A stretch of DNA of 39,446 nt from an uncultured Verrucomicrobiota bacterium (lineage in GTDB: Bacteria; Verrucomicrobiota; Kiritimatiellia; SLOV01), in NCBI GenBank assembly GCA_964611475.1, contig CAZTAB010000317.1:1-39446 (forward strand), written 5' to 3'. Of the stretch, positions 27,379 to 35,408 are shown in pieces (position 1 is the first letter of the stretch; the number at the start of each line of letters is the position of its first letter). The translations under genes and the position numbers were made by a program. Below the pieces are notes generated by a model. The model was not told the DNA's origin and searched no databases. It was given only the letters and a program-made list of their open reading frames with translations.

Positions 27379-28416
27379 TCAGGAGCAGGAAGGCTCCGAG
27401 TCCCCCCACTCCAACGGCATCACCATGTTCCACGCATTCTTGGCACCGACAAATCCATTGTTCCCGTCGGATGTGGCGCAGAAAAGATGTGTGGGAATGC
27501 CGTTTCGGATCAGTAGCTGGGGCCGCTCCACCGATCCTTGCGTCGTCACGGTTCCGTCCGACCATCTCACCCTGCGGGAATAGGCTTTCGAAGGATCATT
27601 CAGACGCCAATGGACTCCATCGCCGGAAATCGCGTGCGCGCCCGCACGCGCTTCGCCCGTAAAAACCCCAGACAAGTCGTTGAACAGCATCTGAAACTGG
27701 TCACCCTGCAGCCAGACGTAGGCGTCCTCGTAGGCAACGTCAGGTTGATCAAATACGATCGGGCCGTCGGGGCCGACTCGCCGAAACGGCCCCATAGGAG
27801 ACTCCGCTTTCGCAACGCCGTACCGGATCGGGCCCGCAGCGGCGCCAGACGATTTGTACAGCAACAGAATCCCGCCGTTGGGAAGCACACAGGGCGCGGG
27901 GTTGGTCATCATGAACGAGTCCCAATGCCCGGAGCGGGGTTCCAGGCAGGGACCATCCGGTCTCCGCCAGGGTCCCTCCGGGGACTCCGCAACAGCCAGT
28001 CCGATCCGTTGCCGGGACCGGCACGCCTGATACATCTCTTCTGAAACCACGTCCCCGGGCCCGGGAGGCGGTTCCAAAAACGTTGTCCCCGTATAGAACA
28101 GAAGATAAAGATCGTTCCAGCGGTGAATGGTCGGATTGTGCGTCATGCGTCCATCCCAAAAGGATGCGTGGCGCGGCGGCAAGACATCCCCGCAGTATGT
28201 ATAGGGTCCTTCCGGCACCGGACTCTCGGCGCGGACAATCCTGGAGCTGGTCAACCAGTTGGGCGCAAACGGAACCGATTTCTCCCATGCGGAAGCGAAC
28301 ATATGAAAAAGGCCACAGTCGTCCTCCACAACGGAACCACACCAGGTCCAGAAATCCTCCATACGAAACCCGCCATCAATAAGCGCGGGTCGAATTCGTT
28401 CGATCAATGGTCTCAT
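27379..28416 (-). CDS. Five-bladed beta-propeller glycoside hydrolase-like protein (GH43/GH117-like clan)
   Basis: Likely start is ATG 28416 (MRPLIERI); the track ORF extends to 28521. Blade motifs: WCGSVVEDDCGLFHMFAS, HNPTIHRWNDLYLLFYTG, IGLAVAESPEGPW, NPAPCVLPNGGILLLYK, YGVAKAESPMGPF, EDAYVWLQGDQFQMLF, SGDGVHWRL. No signal peptide. Confidence 0.8.
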   Translation of the reverse strand: MRPLIERIRPALIDGGFRMEDFWTWCGSVVEDDCGLFHMFASAWEKSVPFAPNWLTSSRIVRAESPVPEGPYTYCGDVLPPRHASFWDGRMTHNPTIHRWNDLYLLFYTGTTFLEPPPGPGDVVSEEMYQACRSRQRIGLAVAESPEGPWRRPDGPCLEPRSGHWDSFMMTNPAPCVLPNGGILLLYKSSGAAAGPIRYGVAKAESPMGPFRRVGPDGPIVFDQPDVAYEDAYVWLQGDQFQMLFNDLSGVFTGEARAGAHAISGDGVHWRLNDPSKAYSRRVRWSDGTVTTQGSVERPQLLIRNGIPTHLFCATSDGNNGFVGAKNAWNMVMPLEWGDSEPSCS

Positions 28417-28688
28417 CACAGCCTGATTGGTTCCGATCTCCATCCTGCCCGCGAGTCCTGCCGTACACTGCACGCCGAGCCGAAAGCCGGATCTTCTCCC
28501 CTGTCGTAAGCCCCGCCACACGCTTTGTCGATACCGGGATCAACAATATGCGCGACGACCGCGCAGCTCCAGGGCCTTCGTCAAGGGCCCAAGGAGTTGA
28601 CCGGAAGGATCTAATTCAGGTAGTTTCCCGCCTGGCATCGGGGACCATGGACTGCCATGCCAAACACTCAAACCCAGGAGACATAACG

Positions 28689-29069
28689 ATGAAAATATTG
28701 GCCTTGATTTTGACCCTCACCGCAGGAGTCGTCCTTTTCCAGAATACCGCAATCGCGGGATGTGGCGTCTGTGACGTCAAGAAGAAGTCAAAAACCGCCT
28801 ACCAAGAAGTCAAGGGAGCCAAGCAGGTAAAAGCCGAGGTCGGCTGCGCGAAGTGCATCTACAGCAAGAAAGGCGAGAAAGGGTGCAGGACCGCCGTCAA
28901 GATCGACGACAAGGTCTACATGTTGAAGGCCGCCGCCAAAGAAGGTGAGTGCAACGCACACAAAGAGGGGCTCTGCAAAACCAAAAAGAAGGCAACCCTG
29001 AACGGGAAAGTCGTCGATGACAAATTCCTCGCGACCAAGGTGGAAATCCAGAAAAAAACTAACGGCTGA
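28689..29069 (+). CDS. Small secreted Lys/Cys-rich protein (resembles the DUF6370-type pattern)
   Basis: ATG 28689 preceded by AGGAG with ~9-nt spacing. Signal peptide MKILALILTLTAGVVLFQNTAIAG. The mature part, VGCAKCIYSKKGEKGCRTAVKIDDKVYML...ECNAHKEGLCKTKKKATLNGKVVDDKFLATKVEI, has six Cys plus His. The family recall is from memory and tentative. Confidence 0.7.
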   Translation: MKILALILTLTAGVVLFQNTAIAGCGVCDVKKKSKTAYQEVKGAKQVKAEVGCAKCIYSKKGEKGCRTAVKIDDKVYMLKAAAKEGECNAHKEGLCKTKKKATLNGKVVDDKFLATKVEIQKKTNG

Positions 29070-29087
29070 CACACCGCGACAACGGCT

Positions 29088-30611
29088 CTACACCTGGCCG
29101 AATTGAAACGCATAGATGCGCGCGTTTTGAAATTGAACATGTAACTGGATGGGCTTGCCTGCGACCTCCGGGGCAATGTGTTCCCGCCCGCCCCACACGA
29201 CCGGCGCGTGGATTGCATCTTCGGCCAGGGGCAGGCAGTCGTCGAAGGTGTATCCCGGGACCGGCTTGCCGTCCTCGACGGAAACCAGTTGTGCCCGCAG
29301 CAGAACATCGGCGCCAAGTGGTTCTAGGTTCAGGAGCAGCCGCCCGCCCCCAATCAGCAGCGGTCTGGTAATGAATTGCCCTCCACCGGGATCCGCCTCA
29401 ATCCCGACAATCCGGTCACGCTTGAACGTGACCCGCCCGACCCGACTCACGGGCGTGTACGGCAGCTCGATCGGCCGGGAACCGGAGTGCGGACCGTCTC
29501 CCGATCGGTAGTACAGCGCAAGGGTGTCCTTGTCGATCTCCACAAATCCGGGGGCCACGGATACAATGAAGCAGTCGAACGCGCCTTCCGGCCCCAGGGG
29601 GATGAACGTTTCGCGCGTGGCCCGGAACCAGTTGCGGTTGTCCCGGCTGGTGCAAACCTGCACTTCGAATGTGCCCTCGTAGTGTCGGTAAAAAGACGGG
29701 AACATGAAATGCAGGCGGGGTGAATTCGGATACCGGGAATAGGCGCTGTTGTAGATGTCGGTGTTCAACCCGTCGAGGGAATCGGCCTGCAAAGCAACGC
29801 CGGTGCTCCGCCAGTTCCGGTAATCAGACGATTCCAGCCGCCCCACCGCCCGACCCCGGCCCGTTGAAGGAACCCGGTAGTCTCCGGCTTCAACCCCTCC
29901 GTACTGTGCAGAGGTACGATGATAGGCCACGTACCGTTCCAGCGTCCCATCCCAACTCACCGTATTTTGCGAGTCACAGTACCGGCCAAGAAAATTGTCA
30001 TAGTACCTCGTCCACTGGAGCCCGTCCGGCGACGCCGCGCCGCGCAGGAAACCAACGTTGTGGGTGAACGGGAGCTCGAATGCCTCCGGACCGCCCCAAT
30101 CCGTGTAGATCATCTTGTAGCGTTCACCCTCCAGGGCGTGGGGATCGACAAACACCATCCCCAATTCCGGGCTGACCCCATTCATACCGCCATCGAACAC
30201 CACGTTATTGTCGGTCGACCCTGAGGGATCGACCTGCCCGGGATTCCGGCGTACGAATTCCAGACCGTCCTTCGACTCGGCATAACTGACGTACATCCCC
30301 CTCCTGGCCTTCCGGCTGGAGTTGTACCACATCCTGTAGATCCCCCCCTCGCGCAACACACAAAGCCAGGCGCTCGATTTCTCCCTTGGCGCCTGCCCCT
30401 CGAACAGGGCCCCCGGATGCTTCTCCACCCGCCCCACGCTCCACCGTATCCCGCGCGGATACTGCTCTGCGTTCCGCCCGAGCGAAAGAAGAAAGTCATC
30501 GACCAGCAGCTGACGCTCCGTCCCGACATCGACCGGATGGTCGCACCACGGACCCACATGCGTGTTAACCGCGAGGTTAAAGTTTTTCATATCGTGTCCG
30601 ATGACAGCCAT
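29088..30611 (-). CDS. Asp-box beta-propeller + beta-sandwich glycosidase-like protein (distant paralogue III)
   Basis: 507 aa, ATG 30611, no signal peptide. N-terminus ERQLLVDDFLL. Motifs SKDGLEFVRR...STDNNVVF and SPDGLQWTR. The C-terminal tail AGKPIQLHVQFQNARIYAFQF matches the tails of 21783-23384 and 30920-32479. Confidence 0.8.
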   Translation of the reverse strand: MAVIGHDMKNFNLAVNTHVGPWCDHPVDVGTERQLLVDDFLLSLGRNAEQYPRGIRWSVGRVEKHPGALFEGQAPREKSSAWLCVLREGGIYRMWYNSSRKARRGMYVSYAESKDGLEFVRRNPGQVDPSGSTDNNVVFDGGMNGVSPELGMVFVDPHALEGERYKMIYTDWGGPEAFELPFTHNVGFLRGAASPDGLQWTRYYDNFLGRYCDSQNTVSWDGTLERYVAYHRTSAQYGGVEAGDYRVPSTGRGRAVGRLESSDYRNWRSTGVALQADSLDGLNTDIYNSAYSRYPNSPRLHFMFPSFYRHYEGTFEVQVCTSRDNRNWFRATRETFIPLGPEGAFDCFIVSVAPGFVEIDKDTLALYYRSGDGPHSGSRPIELPYTPVSRVGRVTFKRDRIVGIEADPGGGQFITRPLLIGGGRLLLNLEPLGADVLLRAQLVSVEDGKPVPGYTFDDCLPLAEDAIHAPVVWGGREHIAPEVAGKPIQLHVQFQNARIYAFQFGQV

Positions 30612-30919
30612 GCATTTTCTCCCGCATACAAGAACGAACTACAACCCAGAGATCCCTATTGCCACTCCCCCATCCACGGAAGGGATCATGAAAACCAATG
30701 TCCTGTTTTTTGTAAACACGACGCGCGTGCTTCTGCCACCTCTTCAATGTTAGCACCCGGCAGGGCCCGTACAGCACCTGCGCCTCCAGGTGAAAGTCCT
30801 CCACATCCATCCGGGCAGAAGCTCTGAACCGGCCTCCGAGGTCGGCGTGCCGGGCGCAGCCAAAACTTTGCGGGGGAAGGCGGGCAGGCCGATTGTCCCA
30901 TGCGTTTTCCGTCGTCGGA

Positions 30920-32479
30920 TCAGACGAATTGAAACGCGTACAACTTCGCGTTTCGCATCCGAACGTGCATCCGCACAGGCTTGCCGGCGAGGGAGGAAAC
31001 ATCCTCGTTGCCGTTCCAGCTCACCACGCGAGCGATGGAGTTGCACACGACCTGGTCACACTCCCCGATGGAAAAGTCCGAGACACGGGGCATCCAGGCG
31101 GCGGCGTCCGATTCCACTCTCTCGAGGCCAATCTCGACCAGACCTCGCGCACCGGTATCCGCATTCAACTCGAGACGGCTCCCTGAAAAAACAATGGGAG
31201 GCGTGACAAACTGTCCGCCAGCGTTTCCGGCATCGGCAGACAAATATCCGTCCAGCCGGAGCCGGGCGCGGTGAATAGACCCAACGTATGGCGGGCTCGG
31301 GGCCTTCTCATACACACCGGGCTTGCCGTGGTGATGCCAGCTGTCCATCCGGATGTAGTAGTGGTCAATCCAGTGACCGGTGCGGAGAACCCCGGGTCCG
31401 CAGTAGAGAATACCAGCATGCTCATCGATGGGGGGTCGAATCCAGGCCTGCCGGTCGCCCGGTCGTTCCCAGCGAATGCCGTCACGACTCACCGCGAGCT
31501 GAATTTCCTCCAGGTTCGGACGATGCGCCAGGACAGAAAACGGCATGATGAACACTCGATCCGCCCACGGATACTGCGTGACTGGCTGATTGTAGATGTC
31601 CGTGCCACTCAGATCCTCCAGCTTGTCTGTTCCCCAGATGAATTCTTCCTCCGAGGCATTCGGGTCAAACCGTTTCATCGCCGGCGATCTATCGAACGCC
31701 ACGCCTGGCATGAAACCCGGCCCATGCACCGAGCCATCACGCTCGTCCAATTCGTCGGGCTCCAGGACCACGTTCTTGGGCTCAAGGAACGGCCAGGACC
31801 AGAAATCGTCGGTCTCCACGCGACAGACGCATCGCGTAGGAGCCCAAAGCCGAAAATACCCGACCCACCGGCCCAGATGCTTGTCCCAGAGAACCACGTT
31901 CTGGGAATCAGACACCGCCTTGCTGACGGGTTCCCCGTTATTGCCGACGGTCCAGCTGAATCCGTCGGCCGAATAGGCCCCGAAAATTCCGTGAGGCATG
32001 CCCATGTAAATCGTCTTGTAACGGCGCTCGGGCGTGTCGTTCTCGTCGATCAGCACGCGACCCGGTTCATGAAAACCATGCGGCGGCCCGTTCGAATCGG
32101 CCTGCATGACAATGTTGTTCTCAGTGCTGCCATCAAATTCGCAGACACCAAGGTTCGGCTTCTCCCATTGGACACCGTCTTCCGAAGTGGCGCAGCAGAG
32201 CCGAAAACAGGAATTGCCCTTCCCCTTCGGATCGTCCGGAAGCGTTTCAATCGTGAGGTAGTACAGCTTGACATGCCCCGCGACCGGATCGGGCAACAGG
32301 TCGCAAAAGCTGACAATTCCTCCGTTCTCCCACGGGCGGTCGGCGTGGAGAACCTCTCCGGCATCGACCGGCGGGTTCAGGGTCAGCGTAATGCCCTGTT
32401 GATGGGCAAAAAAAAGATCGTCTACAAACAGCTGTTTCCGGCTGGCAACATGAATGGGGAACTGGCTCTCCGGATCCAT
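30920..32479 (-). CDS. Asp-box beta-propeller + beta-sandwich glycosidase-like protein (paralogue II)
   Basis: Likely start is ATG 32479 (MDPESQF), with GGAGGAG 6 nt upstream; the track ORF runs to 32668. Motifs RKQLFVDDLFF, SEDGVQWEKPNLGVCEFDGSTENNIVM, SADGFSWTV, SRDGIRWERP. Tail AGKPVRMHVRMRNAKLYAFQFV. Confidence 0.82.
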   Translation of the reverse strand: MDPESQFPIHVASRKQLFVDDLFFAHQQGITLTLNPPVDAGEVLHADRPWENGGIVSFCDLLPDPVAGHVKLYYLTIETLPDDPKGKGNSCFRLCCATSEDGVQWEKPNLGVCEFDGSTENNIVMQADSNGPPHGFHEPGRVLIDENDTPERRYKTIYMGMPHGIFGAYSADGFSWTVGNNGEPVSKAVSDSQNVVLWDKHLGRWVGYFRLWAPTRCVCRVETDDFWSWPFLEPKNVVLEPDELDERDGSVHGPGFMPGVAFDRSPAMKRFDPNASEEEFIWGTDKLEDLSGTDIYNQPVTQYPWADRVFIMPFSVLAHRPNLEEIQLAVSRDGIRWERPGDRQAWIRPPIDEHAGILYCGPGVLRTGHWIDHYYIRMDSWHHHGKPGVYEKAPSPPYVGSIHRARLRLDGYLSADAGNAGGQFVTPPIVFSGSRLELNADTGARGLVEIGLERVESDAAAWMPRVSDFSIGECDQVVCNSIARVVSWNGNEDVSSLAGKPVRMHVRMRNAKLYAFQFV

Positions 32480-32562
32480 CTTCATCTCCTCCGTTTTCTC
32501 ATGGTGTCTCGCCGAAAATATACCGAGTCGAAGACCAGAACAAAGATTATTTTCGTGCGGCC

Positions 32563-33069
32563 CTAATCCAAATCTAGACGATATGTCTTCTCGGAGGAAT
32601 AGCCGTCTGGATCGAAGAGGATCTTCATTCCGCCATCGCCCATGACACGTCCGCCGGTGTCGGTCCAAGGGCCGCCGCCGGCTCCGTTGTCCGAGCGTTC
32701 AAGTCGATACAGGACGCCCTGCTGCGTGGCAATGTTGAATCCGTGCGTCTCGATGATGCGCGTGCTCTTGATCGAGAACTCGGGCGGCGCCGTAACGACG
32801 TTGAAGGGAGTCGCTCCGCCCCCTTGGTCCGTATCGAAGTCAAACACGGACTCGTCCATCGCGTTCCCGGCAAACAGACCGTCGCGGCTGAAGGAGTAGA
32901 CTCCGGTGCTCGCCCTGTGAACCGGATTCCCATTGCTGGCGAAAGGCTGGTTCACGCCTGACAAATCCTCCCACTGCATCGCCGGGCGTCCAGGGACAAA
33001 AGGAGGCCCGATTTCCCGCGCAGCGCAAAAAAACCCGCCCACAAAACGACCGAAACCACAGCCAGGCAA
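32563..33069 (-). CDS. Hypothetical protein, possibly secreted; 5' end uncertain (possible frameshift at an A7 tract)
   Basis: 168-aa ORF from TTG 33069. C-terminal pattern GVLYRLERSDNG...KTYRLDLD. A signal-peptide-like ORF in another frame (ATG 33104 or 33125) meets this frame at A7, positions 33027-33033. Confidence 0.5.
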   Translation of the reverse strand: MPGCGFGRFVGGFFCAAREIGPPFVPGRPAMQWEDLSGVNQPFASNGNPVHRASTGVYSFSRDGLFAGNAMDESVFDFDTDQGGGATPFNVVTAPPEFSIKSTRIIETHGFNIATQQGVLYRLERSDNGAGGGPWTDTGGRVMGDGGMKILFDPDGYSSEKTYRLDLD

Positions 33070-33224
33070 TAACGGGGATGATAGCCCCCGTGTTGCCGCT
33101 TCATGAAGCTTTGAGAGTTAGCCATCTTAAACGCCTTGCCCATAACACACAGAACCTTAAAAATAATACCCAGCAAAGACATTATTCTCCCGAGGGAAAC
33201 AACCGTCTGACCGTTCTCAAACCG

Positions 33225-33614
33225 ATCGAAAATTACACCGCCATTTGTTATGGCTTTCAAAAGAAAACAGGGATACATCCCGCGCCGAAACCGGTCCTTT
33301 TTATCGACACTGCAAGCGACTATCGAAGCCGGTTTCCCAAAGGCGGTGAAATCGCGCTGGTCGACCCCAAGACGACCGACGTTCATGCCGTGGCCGATAT
33401 GCTGCGGACATTCAATCGGCAGCCTGGCCCGGCTACATGTCGACATTCATGAGCTGACCGTCGAGGCAGCGCTGAAGGGCAACCGCGATCTACTCCTCCA
33501 GGCCCTCAGCCCCGATCACTCAGCGCGGGCGCGAGTTTCACCGAGATAGGGAACCAGGCCGAAGAATTGCTGCTAGCGAACCGGGAATGGCTAACCAGGT
33601 TAATTCAAAACTGA
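33225..33614 (+). pseudogene. 3' remnant of a GH4-family (NAD/Mn-dependent) glycosidase gene, frameshifted
   Basis: Three frames together spell the conserved GH4 C-terminal half. Frame a gives IENYTAICYG...FPKGGEIALVDPK...AVADMLRTFNRQ. Frame b gives HVDIHELTVEAALKGNRDLLLQALSPD. Frame c (hand-translated) gives LSAGASFTEIGNQAEELLLANREWLTRLIQN, ending at stop 33612-33614. Colinear with the remembered E. coli MelA tail. There is no N-terminal Rossmann part. The 5' boundary is uncertain. Confidence 0.55.
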
Positions 33615-33802
33615 TTCCACCCTGAATCTGCCTGCTCCCTGGCCCGCCCTGGTGGCGTTCTTATTTCGAGTTCGACCCCGTCTCCCCCGACTTCAACGAA
33701 GTCCATGCGTGATTCCACTTGATAAGTCCGGTGTTGCGCCTCCCAGGGACATGACCGCGCGTCACGAGCGGCCGACAGCTTTTGTGTTGTTTGGCAGGGG
33801 CC

Positions 33803-34777
33803 TCATGGCTGGAATCGCCTCACGTGCAGGGAGGAAGATTCGATGTCGTCCAAAAAACGATTCAGGATGGAAGAAATCCCGTCCTCCGAGAAGTAGAGTT
33901 TCCCCACGGCCGACACGCCCTCCCCGGGTTCCAGGGATGGGTATACAGGCTCACTATGCAGGCAGGGAATGCTGGAGCGGGCCATCAACTGGTTCGCATC
34001 GGGCCAGGCAAGGCCGATCGAGCGCAATCCATCCCGGCTCTGCACACAAATCAATCCGTGGTCTACAGCTTCCCGGACGGGCCAACAGTGGTCATGCAGC
34101 TCCTGCTCTTCCAGCGGATTCCCCACCCCGACCCGGACCCACGACAGCCTCTGCATCTCCTCCGGCGTAGGCGTTAATTTCCTGACATTTCGCGCCGTCC
34201 CGCCAGCCCACACAAAGGTGCGCTCATGTCGGCGATCAATAAAATGCGGAGCATTCCAGATCATGAAACAACTGTCGGTCGACGGCCGAATCGCAGCGTC
34301 GGTCCCGTTCACGATACGGTATGAGAACTTGATGTCGACGTCACCTGCTGTCACACCCGCGAAAAGCTCGAGTCCGTCGTAGAAACGGATCTTATAGCCT
34401 GTTTCGGCCTCATCCTCCGCAAGACTCCATTCCGGAGCCGCCTCCGGCGGCACCCCTGCCCAGCACAGCGCCCCGCGCGGCTGCCAGATATAGCGCTGAT
34501 CGTTCACGACAAAGGTCTCCGGCATGCGGTAGAGAAAAAAGCCCCCCGGGTGCCACGGATCATCAATCTGTGCAGCGATACTCCACCGCGAGACGGGATG
34601 CTCATAGTGCCCTCTGACCTTCAAACGGTTCACATCCCACCCTCCGTCATTTCCGACCCTTTCACGCTGAAGAATACCTCGGTCATTGCGATCGATCCCA
34701 TCACTAATTACCCATATCCACCAGCTCCTAATCTTCTTTATGGTTATACACTTTTGATACAAAGCCTTTTTCGTCAA
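33803..34777 (-). CDS. Hypothetical protein
   Basis: 324-aa ORF with balanced composition over most of its length. Its first ~25 codons lie in the low-GC islet, so the true start is uncertain. No family recognised. Confidence 0.6.
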   Translation of the reverse strand: MTKKALYQKCITIKKIRSWWIWVISDGIDRNDRGILQRERVGNDGGWDVNRLKVRGHYEHPVSRWSIAAQIDDPWHPGGFFLYRMPETFVVNDQRYIWQPRGALCWAGVPPEAAPEWSLAEDEAETGYKIRFYDGLELFAGVTAGDVDIKFSYRIVNGTDAAIRPSTDSCFMIWNAPHFIDRRHERTFVWAGGTARNVRKLTPTPEEMQRLSWVRVGVGNPLEEQELHDHCWPVREAVDHGLICVQSRDGLRSIGLAWPDANQLMARSSIPCLHSEPVYPSLEPGEGVSAVGKLYFSEDGISSILNRFLDDIESSSLHVRRFQP

Positions 34778-34985
34778 TTTCAGCCATGCGTCTTCTTAGA
34801 AGTGCTTTACTACCGACAAAGAATGAGGCAAGAGGTTTCACGCCTTGTGTGACTCTTTCAAAATTTTGAGTGTTTTTAGGAATTTCTACACCAGATTCAT
34901 CACGCCAGTGCCAAGCATTGCAATAATTTAGGTTTATATCATTTAACATAACATCCTCACCTTCAATTTTACCGGTCGGGGCCAC
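34700..34985. other. Low-GC islet (~38% GC) inside GC-rich DNA
   Basis: Hand count over 34741-34980 gives 92 G+C in 240 nt. The flanks are visibly much more GC-rich. Confidence 0.7.
34728..34949 (-). CDS. Small hypothetical protein encoded in a low-GC islet
   Basis: ATG 34949 (MLNDINLNYCNAWHWRDESG...) is preceded by AGGTGAGGA ~5 nt upstream. 73 aa. Overlaps the 5' end of the 33803-34777 ORF in another frame. No family recognised. Confidence 0.4.
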   Translation of the reverse strand: MLNDINLNYCNAWHWRDESGVEIPKNTQNFERVTQGVKPLASFFVGSKALLRRRMAEIDEKGFVSKVYNHKED

Positions 34986-35058
34986 GGAAATTGGTCCCGA
35001 CCACCAGAGTCAAAGAAAGACCGGCACAGCCCTTGATAGGGCCGACACGCCTCAAGAG

Positions 35059-35097
35059 AAAATGAACGGGCAGGCCCATGCCCCTCATTTTTTTCTC
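35059..35097. terminator. Orphan intrinsic-terminator-like hairpin with T7 tract
   Basis: AAAATGA (35059-35065) pairs with TCATTTT (35085-35091). The inner stem GGGCA (35068-35072) pairs with TGCCC (35079-35083). A T-run follows to 35094. No convergent gene end is nearby on either strand. Confidence 0.35.
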
Positions 35098-35408
35098 GTG
35101 CCGAACCACACAATGGGCGGCTTCCTTTATTTCACTACGGCGGGATCATCCATTCACGCGGTTTAACGACAATTGGCAATCTCTGACCTTGTGCTCCGTG
35201 GAAGTCGCATGGTAGTTGTGAAGAGGGTTTTATTTTAAAGCGAGGAGGCCTCCACAGGTACAGTTCCGGGCATTCAGCCGCGAAACAACGGAGTACGAAC
35301 TCCGCCTTTACGATGACCCAAGCTTCGGGTCCACGATGCCAATGTAAAGGAGCAGATCCTGACGCCTCACAAAGGGAAAGGCCGAACACTCCCGGGCCGA
35401 ATGAAGAC

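Noticed and set aside
28630-28660. TGGCAT...-containing stretch upstream of the small secreted protein, considered as a sigma-54 promoter
   Set aside because: No properly spaced TTGC -12 element follows the TGGCA. The match is too weak.
31271-32566. 431-aa + strand ORF opposite beta-propeller paralogue II, and similar antisense ORFs at 20768-21571, 23948-25174, 8019-8720, 3664-4503 and 22395-22991
   Set aside because: Same reasoning: these are shadow ORFs opposite genes with strong family signatures.
32952-33446. 164-aa minus-strand ORF as a full gene
   Set aside because: Only its last ~50 codons (the signal-peptide-like part) look meaningful. The upstream part overlaps the GH4 remnant on the other strand and has no coding character.
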